A stretch of DNA of 41,244 bases from Deltaproteobacteria bacterium (GTDB lineage Bacteria; Desulfobacterota; Binatia; UBA9968): NCBI GenBank assembly GCA_005879435.1, contig VBKX01000195.1, forward strand, positions 1,021 to 42,264, read 5' to 3'. A program made the translations under genes and the position numbers. This document shows, one piece after another, positions 18,588 through 27,954 of this stretch; the first letter of the stretch is position 1; each line of letters starts with the position of its first letter. The notes under the pieces are model-generated. The model saw nothing but the letters and a program-made list of their open reading frames with translations, was not told the origin of the DNA and searched no databases.

Positions 18588-18881
18588 TATTTTCCAGTAG
18601 AGATTTCCGTATTTCCACGTATCACCTCATGGCAAAGACTCACGAACCGGGCGCGTTGTCCGCAGTGAACTTAATTCTATTAGGTTCTCTCCTCCTTTAT
18701 TACACTTCCCGGTCACTGAGATCAGCCATTATTCCAGCGTGGGTTGGGTTGCGCAGCGAACCGCTCGATGAGTTGTCCAATGCGACTTGAGAAAGCGGTT
18801 AACGATTCAATTGCGACCACTATGTTTCCAAGAGCGATGACCAGCTGAGTCTAATCGGACAAAAGAAAGGATCGTGAAACC

Positions 18882-20256
18882 GTGAATCCAAAACTTCTTC
18901 TCGTTGATGACGAAGAGAATATTCTCAAGCAAATGCGCTACGCCTTGGAAGCTGATTACCAGGTTTTCACGAGCTCGATTGAAGGCGAAGCCCTAAGCAT
19001 TTTTGAGAAAGAAAAACCCGCTGTCGTCACGTTGGACTTATCGTTGAATCCAAACAATCCGGCGGACCTCGGTGGTATGCGCCTGCTCGAACAATTTCTT
19101 TCCCAAGAACCATCGACGAGAGCCATCGTCGTCACCGGCAATAACGATGATCAAAATGCCTTCCGCGCCGTACGACTGGGCGCGTTCGATTATTATGCCA
19201 AGCCTGTTCGCCTCGAAGAACTTAAAATCATGATTAAACGCGCGTCACACATCCATGAATTGCACCGGCGAGCGCACCAAGACATTCAAGCCTTTGCGGA
19301 TGGATTTCTCGGTATGGTCGGAAAATCAAATAGCATCAAGAACATCTTTCGTTTCATCGAGCGAGTTGCCGTGTCGGACATCTCCGTTTTGATCGGCGGA
19401 GAAAGCGGAACCGGCAAGGAAGTCGTCGCCCGCGCGATTCATCTGCAGAGTGAACGAAAGAACAATCCCTTTGTCGTCGTCAATTGCGGCGCCATTCCCG
19501 AACACCTTCTTGAAAACGAATTGTTCGGTTATGAAAAAGGCGCCTCCGCCGGAGCGCATGCTCAGAAGTTGGGGAAATTTGAGCTTGCGGATACGGGCAC
19601 TTTGTTCCTCGATGAAATCGGAGAACTTGCGCCGCCACTTCAGGTCAAACTCTTGCGTTTCCTGCAAGACCGAAAGATCGAGAGAGTCGGCGGAACGCAG
19701 TTCGTCGATCTCAACGTCCGAATTATTGCAGCAACGAATCGCGATCTGAAAAAAGAAGTGGAAAACCATTTATTCCGTGAGGATCTGTACTATCGATTGA
19801 AGATCGTGCCCCTCGATATGCCACCGCTTCGGGAACGTAAGGAAGATATCATTCCCCTGGCGCAACATTTTCTAAGAAAGTTATGCAAAGACCACCGAAA
19901 GGCTCCGATGATTCTCTCGCCTGAAGCGAAAGACGCGTTGTTGATGCATCCGTGGCCTGGCAACGTTCGCGAGCTCGAAAATTTGATCAGTCGCGCAGTC
20001 GTTCTGAGTCCCCATTCCGTTCTCGAGCCGAGCGACTTGGGGTTTGCATTGGATCACATTCCGATGGACGTTAACCTAAAGCTTGCCAAACGAGCCATCG
20101 AGATGGATTTCGTACATTAGCCGAGCAGCTCGCGAACTTGGAATCAGCCGGGTAAATCTCTATGAACTGATAGAAAAATACAGCATTCGGATTCAGGAGT
20201 TCAAAATGACGCGAAGCGACAGCAAGACACAAATGAATACCCGGGCGGTCTCGTAA
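18882..20256 (+). pseudogene. PrsR-like (PEP-CTERM-box type) sigma-54 activator with an altered GAFTGA loop and a disrupted C-terminal HTH
   Basis: REC 'KLLLVDDEENILKQ...VVTLDLSLNPNNP...FDYYAKP' resembles PrsR as I recall it. The AAA+ core is intact ('GESGTGKE', 'WPGNVRELEN'). The sigma-54 contact loop reads GASAGA. The ORF stops at 20120 after '...KRAIEMDFVH', and the remaining HTH ('ISRAARELGISRVNLYELIEKYSI') continues in the +1 frame to the TAA at 20254..20256. Confidence 0.7.
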
Positions 20257-20257
20257 T

Positions 20258-21640
20258 ATGAATGGCTTAAAAAACAAGATCGAGGCGCATAATGCCACCG
20301 CGGCGGTCATCGGACTGGGATATGTTGGCTTGCCCTTGGCCATGGAGATCGTGGCGGCGGGCTTCGATGTCATCGGCATCGATCTCGACACGAACAAAAT
20401 CGCGACACTCAAACAGCGCACGTCGTATATTTTGGACGTTCCCGACAAAAGCATCGCCGCTGCCGTCGGTGCGGGAAAATTTACCCCGACGGCTGATTTC
20501 AGCGCACTCGCAAATGCCGATACCGTGAGCATTTGCGTGCCGACGCCGTTGAGCAAAAGCCGCGACCCCGATATTTCTTTTATTCTTTCAGCGACGGAGG
20601 AAATTCGGAAGTACCTTCATCCTGGCCAGCTGATCGTTTTGGAAAGCACAACCTATCCTGGAACGACCGACGAGCTGATTGTGCCTGAGCTCGAAAGGTC
20701 CGGACTCAAGATTGGCAGTGATTTTTGCGTTGCCTTCTCACCAGAGAGAATTGATCCGGGAAATGCCAAGTTCAATACACGCAACACGCCAAAAATAGTC
20801 GGCGGCATTACTGTCGAATGCACGGAAATTGCCCGTCTGTTCTATTCGCAATTCATTGATAAGGTCATTCCCGTCAGTAGCACCAAGTGCGCCGAGATGG
20901 TAAAACTACTCGAAAACACTTTTCGCAGCGTGAACATCGGAATGGTAAACGAGCTTGCGCTCATGTGAGATCTGTTGGGAGTCGATGTTTACGAAGTGAT
21001 CGACGCGGCAGCGACCAAGCCTTTCGGTTTCTCCCCATTCTACCCTGGCCCAGGACTCGGCGGTCATTGCATTCCGATCGATCCGCATTATTTAGCGTGG
21101 AAGCTGAAGGCGCTTAATTTTCAAGCGCGCTTTATCGGACTGGCGGCGGAGATCAATGGCATGATGCCGTCGGTGGTAACGACTCTGGTGGCCGACGGGC
21201 TCAATCGGGTTTCCAAAAGCATTCGCGGCTCCAAAATTATGATCCTCGGCGTTGCCTATAAAAAGGACGTCAGCGATTGCCGCGAATCGCCCGCGCTCGA
21301 TGTCATGCGGCTACTTAATGACAAGGGAGCGATTCTCTCTTACAACGATCCGCTCGTGCCGACGTTGCGTCTCGGCCAAAGCGTGTTAGAGTCGGTCGAC
21401 ACGACTCCAGCAGAAGTCGCCGAAAACGATTGCGTCATTATTCTTACCGACCATAGCGTTTACGATTTCCGAAAAATCGTGGAGGCCGCAAAGCTAGTCA
21501 TCGACACGCGCAACTCCACCAAAGATTTACACGCGTTCAAAGATCGCATCATCAAATTGGGCGCAGGCAACAGCGTCCCGTCCGACACTCGACACGAAGA
21601 CGGCTATAAAGCGATGCCGGCAAGAGCGACAGCGCACTGA
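20258..21640 (+). pseudogene. Nucleotide-sugar dehydrogenase (WecC/Cap5O/TviB-type UDP-N-acetyl-hexosamine dehydrogenase) with one in-frame TGA
   Basis: 'VIGLGYVGLPLA' Rossmann motif, then '...[45 protein letters not shown]'. Both ORF-track pieces (20258..20968 and 20975..21640) share one frame, separated only by the TGA at 20966..20968. Confidence 0.8.
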
Positions 21641-21844
21641 AATCGCGAAGACCACCTGCAAGCAATTGACAAAACTATTTGAAGCCCGAGCAGAATTCAG
21701 TCTACTAGCGCGCTTTAAAAGCTCAGATGTGGAGATTATCCGTGATTTTCGCCGGGGGTGGATTGCTCATTTGCGTGAATAACGTGTGCGCACGGAGCCG
21801 CCCGACGAATGACATCGGAGTGAATCACCGACTTAAAAGCGCCG

Positions 21845-24800
21845 TTACTTGCCGTGGCAGCGCTTGTATTTCTTGCCGCTACCACACGGGCAGGGGTCGT
21901 TGCGCCCGACTTTCTCCCCTTCGCGTTTGACCGCGACGCCGCTCGCACGTGCCGATATTGCGTCTTCGCCACGACTCAATACCATGCGTTGTGGCCGCGG
22001 CTGCTCGATGTCGATTTCGCGCGCGACGCTTTCTCGCGCTAGTTCGACGGTGAACAATTTTTGCACGACGTCTTCTTCTTTCCGACGCACCATCTCTTCG
22101 AACATGTCGAATCCCTCTTTCTGGTACTCCTGGAGCGGATTCTTTTGCCCGTAGCCGCGCAAACCAATGCCCTCTTTGAGATGATCCATGTTTAGAAGAT
22201 GATCCTTCCAGAGGCTGTCGATGGTTTGCAGCATAATGATTTTTTCCAATTGCCGGAGCATCGGCTCGCCAAAACGTTTTTCCTTATCTTCGTAAGTTTG
22301 CAACACCCGCTGGTGTGCCGTTTCCGATAGACCTTCCGCCGACAACGACTCTTCCTCCTCGGCCTTAAACTCCAAGCGAACATTAAACTGATGATAAAAC
22401 GCTTCGCTTAAACCTGCGAGATCCCATTCGGACGGATGAAGCTCTTTGTCTGAGTATCGTCCGACAATGTCTTCAACAAGATCCTCGGCCATTTCGAGCA
22501 CCTGCTCTTTCAAGGCCTCGCCTTTCAACACCTCCCGCCTTTGGTTGTAGACAACCTCACGTTGCTTATTGAGCACGTCATCGTATTCCAAAAGATGTTT
22601 ACGAATATCGAAGTTGTGCCCTTCAACCTTTTTTTGAGCATTTTCGATGGCACGAGTCACCAATCCATGCTCGATCGGCACACCCTCCTCCATGCCGAGC
22701 CGACTCATGATGCCTTGGATTCGGTCCCGCGACGAACCCGGGTCGCCCTGCCGGCCAGCGCGTCCGCGCAATTGGTTATCGATACGCCGACTTTCGTGAC
22801 GTTCCGTGCCTAGAATATGCAATCCCCCGGCGGCGATAACGCGCTCTTTTTCCTCGCTGCACACCTTGTTGTAGTTTTCCAAGATTTCACCAAATCGCTG
22901 CCGATTTTGGTCCGGGGCTTTATCCAGCTCTTCTCGAACCTGTTCGACCATGCGAAGATATTCCTGCCGTGTCGCTTCGTAGTTTTGCTGAGCGACCTGT
23001 ATCGATTCCTCGTACGGCACTCGGATTTCCTCGCAGCGGGCTTCGGCTTCCTCGAAGGCACGATGGGCTTGATCGTATTCCGTAATGACTGCGGCATGTT
23101 CACCGTCGGCAAGGACGGCGCGAGCGTTTTCAAACTCCAGATCGATCAGGCGTTGCTCGTAAATCCGGCGTTTCTCATCGAGCGCTTCGATCAAAGCTTC
23201 GCGCTCTCCGTTGTTTTGTTGCCAGCGTTCCAAAGCCGCAGTAAATCCGTCCCTTGCTTCGGCGAATTCGCTCGCCGTCTCGGGATCGGTATCGCTAGAT
23301 GCGTTCAGAACCGCGGCTTCGAGTGCTTCTTTACTGCGCAGATACCCTTCTGGAATCGGACGCATATTGTGCAATGCTTCAATCAGTTGCGTCGCTGAAA
23401 GATCCTCGTAACGCTCGCGCGCCTCGCGAAAAGGCGAAATCTCCCGGATCTCACGCTGAAGTTCCGTGATTCGCTTTAGAGCTTCGCCGCGTCTTTGATC
23501 GAAAACCTCTCCATCCTTCAGATATTTTTTTTCCGCCCGCTGCACTTCTTCTTCGTATTTTTCTCTGAGCTCGCGCAGGGCGTCTTCGTAGCGCGCCGCG
23601 CCTTGAATCGGCAGTTTTGTCGCGCGGCTGATCCATTCGTTTTCCATATCCGACCGCGCAAGAAATTCCGGATTGCCGCCGAGGAGAATATCTGTGCCAC
23701 GTCCCGCCATGTTGGTCGCGATGGTCACTGCGACAAACCTGCCGGCCTGAGCGATGATGCTCGCCTCGGCTTCATGGTTCACCGCATTCAACACGTTGTG
23801 CTTGATGCCCTTCTTTTTGAGCATGCGCGAGATCCGCTCGGATTTCGCCACGGAGGTCGTACCAACCAATATGGGTTGCCCCTTCTTGCTTCGCTCTTCG
23901 ATCTCCTGAACGACCGCGTCGTATTTTTCATTGTCGGTGCGATAGACCACGTCCGGAAGATCCTGACGCACCATGGCGCGATGGGTTGGGATGACCTCCG
24001 TGTCCGCGGTTCCGGTCATTCCCGCCAACTTTTTGTACATACGGAAATAATTTTGGATTGTGATGGTCGCAAGCGTTTGGTTTTCCTCGCGGATATGCAC
24101 GCGCTCCTTAGCTTCGACCGCCTGGTGCAATCCATCCGACCAGCGCCTGCCCGGCATCAACCGGCCGGTGAATTCATCAACGATAATCACTTCGCCATCC
24201 TTGACGACGTAGTCGACATCGCGTTTAAAAATCGCGTGCGCTTTGAGCGCTTGCTGCACGTGGTGCAACGTATCGATCTGACGCGGATCGTAGAGATTAT
24301 GCACGCCGAGCAAACGCTCGACTTTCGCTACTCCACCCTCCGTCAGCGTCACAGAGCGGCTTTTCTCATCGACCGTGTAATCTCCCTTGGCGTCGATGGC
24401 CGCGCGGTCCTCCTGCGAAGGATCGCCCTGGATCACCGCGCCCCGTTGCAGTTTCGGAATGATGCGGTCGATATTGTAATACTTATCGGTGGACTCCTCC
24501 GCCGGCCCGGAAATGATCAGCGGGGTTCGCGCTTCATCGATGAGGATATTGTCAACTTCGTCCACCACCGCATAGTTGAGCTCCCGTTGGACATATTCCT
24601 CCAACGAGAACTTCATGTTGTCGCGTAAATAGTCGAAGCCAAATTCGTTGTTAGTGCCGTAAGTAATATCGGCGAGATAGGCTTCTTGCCGGCCAATCGG
24701 CCGCAAATTGAGATAACGATAGTCCTGAGTGATAAACGTCGGGTCGAAAAGATAACTCGCTTCGTGCACGATGGACGCCGTTGACAACCCCAACTTGTGG

Positions 24801-25360
24801 AATATCGGCCCCATCCACTGCACGTCGCGCCGCGCTAGATAGTCGTTTACCGTGATCAGATGGACGCCGCGGCCCGTTAAAGCATTTAAGTAAAGCGGCA
24901 GAGTCGCCACGAGAGTTTTGCCTTCACCGGTTTTCATCTCGGCGATTTTGCCCTCGTGAAGCACGACGCCGCCGATCAGCTGCACATCGAAGTGTCGCAA
25001 TCCGATCGTGCGCCGTGAAGCCTCGCGCACAGCCGCGAACGCTTCCGGCAGAAGCTCTTCGAGAACTTCAGCCTCTTTCTCACGCAACTGCTTATCGATC
25101 TCTCCTATTTGAGTTTTGAACTCATCGCGGCGATCCGGTTCCGCGTTCGCGCCTTCGGCGTGCGCTTCTTCGAGCTCCTTTTTCAGCCCCGCGGTAGCGT
25201 CGGAAACGCGCGCTTTAAACTGGTCGGTTCGTGCCTTCAATTCTGCATCAGTGAACCGCTGATAGTCATTTTCCCAGTTGTTGATCTGCTCAACGTAAGG
25301 ACGAATCCGCTTGATTTCTCGGTCGTTCTTGGTGCCGATGATTCTCTTTATCCAATCCAT
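21845..25360 (-). CDS. secA: Preprotein translocase ATPase SecA (unusually long, with atypical internal gaps)
   Basis: Motifs present: '[14 protein letters not shown]', '[19 protein letters not shown]', '[16 protein letters not shown]', '[10 protein letters not shown]', '[27 protein letters not shown]', and the C-terminal zinc finger '[14 protein letters not shown]'. Start chosen at [14 protein letters not shown]. Confidence 0.9.
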   Translation of the reverse strand: MDWIKRIIGTKNDREIKRIRPYVEQINNWENDYQRFTDAELKARTDQFKARVSDATAGLKKELEEAHAEGANAEPDRRDEFKTQIGEIDKQLREKEAEVLEELLPEAFAAVREASRRTIGLRHFDVQLIGGVVLHEGKIAEMKTGEGKTLVATLPLYLNALTGRGVHLITVNDYLARRDVQWMGPIFHKLGLSTASIVHEASYLFDPTFITQDYRYLNLRPIGRQEAYLADITYGTNNEFGFDYLRDNMKFSLEEYVQRELNYAVVDEVDNILIDEARTPLIISGPAEESTDKYYNIDRIIPKLQRGAVIQGDPSQEDRAAIDAKGDYTVDEKSRSVTLTEGGVAKVERLLGVHNLYDPRQIDTLHHVQQALKAHAIFKRDVDYVVKDGEVIIVDEFTGRLMPGRRWSDGLHQAVEAKERVHIREENQTLATITIQNYFRMYKKLAGMTGTADTEVIPTHRAMVRQDLPDVVYRTDNEKYDAVVQEIEERSKKGQPILVGTTSVAKSERISRMLKKKGIKHNVLNAVNHEAEASIIAQAGRFVAVTIATNMAGRGTDILLGGNPEFLARSDMENEWISRATKLPIQGAARYEDALRELREKYEEEVQRAEKKYLKDGEVFDQRRGEALKRITELQREIREISPFREARERYEDLSATQLIEALHNMRPIPEGYLRSKEALEAAVLNASSDTDPETASEFAEARDGFTAALERWQQNNGEREALIEALDEKRRIYEQRLIDLEFENARAVLADGEHAAVITEYDQAHRAFEEAEARCEEIRVPYEESIQVAQQNYEATRQEYLRMVEQVREELDKAPDQNRQRFGEILENYNKVCSEEKERVIAAGGLHILGTERHESRRIDNQLRGRAGRQGDPGSSRDRIQGIMSRLGMEEGVPIEHGLVTRAIENAQKKVEGHNFDIRKHLLEYDDVLNKQREVVYNQRREVLKGEALKEQVLEMAEDLVEDIVGRYSDKELHPSEWDLAGLSEAFYHQFNVRLEFKAEEEESLSAEGLSETAHQRVLQTYEDKEKRFGEPMLRQLEKIIMLQTIDSLWKDHLLNMDHLKEGIGLRGYGQKNPLQEYQKEGFDMFEEMVRRKEEDVVQKLFTVELARESVAREIDIEQPRPQRMVLSRGEDAISARASGVAVKREGEKVGRNDPCPCGSGKKYKRCHGK

Positions 25361-25483
25361 AAGACGATGAACTTTCTCTCTACTGGGTCTGCGACGGAAA
25401 AGATGCCGATTCAACTAGAGAATATTAAATTACCTGATTCCGCCGCCAACTTAAAGCCATTCTTGAGGAACGAAGTCAGCGCG

Positions 25484-26284
25484 TCAACGTTCAATACGCA
25501 CCGCCGATTCGACTTTCTCGCCGAGAAACCGCCGGCCGACTTTGATGAAACGGTCCGGCGCGTCGGTGACGAAGAAACTATGCGTGCCTTTGCCGTTTTT
25601 TCTCATGACTGAAATCCGTCTAAGAACTATCGCCACTTCTTTCGCGGTTTCCTCGGCGGAATCAACCAGCCGCACCCCTCCACCGAGAAACCTGCGGATG
25701 GCTTTCTTAAGCAATGGATAATGCGTGCAGCCCAGAATCAGGGTATCGACACCGCTTTGTTTAAAACCCTGCAGGTAAGCCTTGGCAGTCATCTCGACCA
25801 CGTCGTTGTCTATCCAACCTTCCTCGACTAACGGGACGAATAGCGGGCAGGCTCGACTGTAGACTTCGATGGCAGGATTCGCCGCTTTGAGGGCATGGGT
25901 GTACGCCCCGCTTTGAATCGTCGCTTCGGTACCAATGACGCCGACTTTATTGATTCTTGTGCTTCTGATCGCGCGCCGCACCCCCGGCTCGATCACGCCG
26001 ATCACTGGAATGGAGAATCGGTCCCTTAGTTGACTCAAGGCAATGGCCGTCGAAGTATTACATGCCACGACGACGATTTTGACGCCCTTCTCAATGAGAA
26101 ATTCACTATTTTCAAAAGAATAGCGCAGTACCGTCTCCACTGATTTCGTACCATACGGCGCCCGTGCGGTATCTCCCAAATAGACCGTGTTTTCCCGCGG
26201 CAAGGCTTCGATAATCTGGTGTAGCACTGTGAGACCGCCTATTCCCGAGTCAAAGACGCCGATCGCACTGTCTTTGTTCAGCAT
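25484..26284 (-). CDS. murI: Glutamate racemase
   Basis: 'IGVFDSGIGGLTV', 'VVACNTS' and 'LGCTHYP' (both catalytic Cys motifs). Start at MLNKDSAIG; the ORF-track N-terminal extension overlaps the upstream gene. Confidence 0.9.
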   Translation of the reverse strand: MLNKDSAIGVFDSGIGGLTVLHQIIEALPRENTVYLGDTARAPYGTKSVETVLRYSFENSEFLIEKGVKIVVVACNTSTAIALSQLRDRFSIPVIGVIEPGVRRAIRSTRINKVGVIGTEATIQSGAYTHALKAANPAIEVYSRACPLFVPLVEEGWIDNDVVEMTAKAYLQGFKQSGVDTLILGCTHYPLLKKAIRRFLGGGVRLVDSAEETAKEVAIVLRRISVMRKNGKGTHSFFVTDAPDRFIKVGRRFLGEKVESAVRIER

Positions 26285-26294
26285 TTTTTGATCA

Positions 26295-27389
26295 TCAATC
26301 GACCGGCGCCATTTGATTGCCCAGTTCCTTCTCGCAGGCTGGAGCGAAACCAAACACCTGTTGCCATACGTCTCGCGATTCCATGCAAAGGTAAATCTTG
26401 ACCGTCGGCGCAGCGCGACGAATCCACGCGACCATCTTTCGGTACATCTCCACACGCAATGGCTGGAAGTAGCGCATCTTGCCGTCGGGACAAAGCACTT
26501 GTTCGCCGGTCAGAAGCCGGCTATGCGGAAACCGTTCGCGCATCATCCGCTTAAGTCTGGGCGTCTCGCGCAACACGCCGAGACTCAACCAGGAAAGCCG
26601 GTGCCAATCGATGGTCGCAAATATCTGCTCGAGCATCGTCTGGTAATCCGCCTCCCATCCGCGATATTCAATCATCGGGTCGAAGTGGAAGCCCAGACGG
26701 TAGCCGGCGTCCTGACAACGGCGCGCGGCGACGAGCCGGTCATCGAACGACGCTGTGCCCCGCTCGTCGAGATCGATCACCGGCTGAGGGTTCATCGACC
26801 AGGCCACCACGACGCGACCTTTAGGATCGAGATCGAGGATGCTATCGACGCAATCGCTCTTGGTTTTCAGCTCGAGCAGCACGTTGAGTTGTTCAGCGAA
26901 GTAAGGGATCAGCTCTCTCACCATACCGGTGTACGGCTCGAGCGCCAGGCTATCGGTTATCTCGCCGGTTCCGATGCGGAAAAAGACACCGCGATGCTTT
27001 TGCAAAGTGCGATCAGCTTCGTCGATCAAATCGTCGACGTTGCTAAACACCTTGAGCGAAGCATTATCGAGTAGATACTCCTGCAGGTAGCAGTAACTGC
27101 AATCCATCGGGCAGTTACTGGCGAAGTTGATCACGAAATAGTTACAGCATACCTGCCCGTCGCTGCCCGGACATTTTTTGAAGAAATCCCCTTTGTAGCG
27201 AGTTAAATAAAGTTTCTTTTTTGCCGCGCCAAAGGGATCGCGGTGCGCAAAATGCGTATTGGCATCCGATCCAATGTCGTCGACGAATTTTACGGGAACT
27301 TGCGGCAGCGTACGCCGCAGATTTGCGTAGATGCGACTCGACTCTGAGCCGTGTTCAACGATCAGCTCTTCGGGGCGAAAGTTTTCCAT
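26295..27389 (-). CDS. SplB-like radical SAM protein (spore-photoproduct-lyase / 'DNA repair photolyase' family)
   Basis: 'NFASNCPMDCSYCYLQ' is a CxxxCxxC radical-SAM cluster motif in the SplB-type context. About 364 aa from MENFRPEEL. Confidence 0.75.
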   Translation of the reverse strand: MENFRPEELIVEHGSESSRIYANLRRTLPQVPVKFVDDIGSDANTHFAHRDPFGAAKKKLYLTRYKGDFFKKCPGSDGQVCCNYFVINFASNCPMDCSYCYLQEYLLDNASLKVFSNVDDLIDEADRTLQKHRGVFFRIGTGEITDSLALEPYTGMVRELIPYFAEQLNVLLELKTKSDCVDSILDLDPKGRVVVAWSMNPQPVIDLDERGTASFDDRLVAARRCQDAGYRLGFHFDPMIEYRGWEADYQTMLEQIFATIDWHRLSWLSLGVLRETPRLKRMMRERFPHSRLLTGEQVLCPDGKMRYFQPLRVEMYRKMVAWIRRAAPTVKIYLCMESRDVWQQVFGFAPACEKELGNQMAPVD

Positions 27390-27402
27390 GCGGTAACCAG
27401 TT

Positions 27403-27954
27403 CTATTCGCGTTCCTTCTCGCGATGGGTTCCGGCCAGCAACTCGAAGATCTCGGGCGCCAAACTCGTCTCGGCAGCTGCGCGAAGTTTCCCTGCAATCG
27501 TCAGCAGCTCCGTCGCGCTCGTAGCGGTGAATTCGACGTGGAGCCGCCCGCCTTCCAATCCCGGCGGGACGCTTACGCGAATCTCCGGGTGGAGTTTCAA
27601 ACTCTGAATCCTCGTCCGAATTTCGTCTTCGGTTTGCGCCAAGCGCGGGAATCTCAACCTCCTGAGATGCTCTTTAATTCGCTTAACTTTGTCGGCCCGG
27701 CCCAATCGCGGGTCGGTGCTCAGGTCGCTAATTGCCTTCGTTGCTAAGATTTGACTGATCTTGGCGTGATCGCGCGACGCCGTGTCCTCCAGCCAGTCCA
27801 TCATGTCGCGCAGATGATTTTCGCCAATTTTTAGCCCGCTAGCGAGTTCTCCGAGCGCGTCCCTATCCGTCCGTTCCCAGCCGAGCCATCGCGTCAGCGT
27901 CTGGTCATGAAAACCTCTCCCCTGCGCGTAAGCGCGGATCTCGCTCTCCGACAT
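27403..27954 (-). CDS. Hypothetical protein, family not recognised
   Basis: 183 aa from MSESEIRAYAQG. There is a strong SD (AGGAGAA) 5 nt upstream. It overlaps the 3' end of the upstream GT2 gene by 50 nt and ends 13 nt before the SplB-like gene. Confidence 0.55.
   Translation of the reverse strand: MSESEIRAYAQGRGFHDQTLTRWLGWERTDRDALGELASGLKIGENHLRDMMDWLEDTASRDHAKISQILATKAISDLSTDPRLGRADKVKRIKEHLRRLRFPRLAQTEDEIRTRIQSLKLHPEIRVSVPPGLEGGRLHVEFTATSATELLTIAGKLRAAAETSLAPEIFELLAGTHREKERE

Noticed and set aside
23495-24628. 377-aa plus-strand ORF, and similar long antisense ORFs at 26313..27074, 11918..12478, 35302..35847, 36911..37435 and 37663..38016
   Set aside because: Each lies fully antisense to a well-supported gene (secA, SplB-like, rfbB, hydrolase, ICL family, flavin reductase). 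Their translations are low-complexity and Arg-rich. These are typical shadow ORFs of GC-rich or charged-codon regions.
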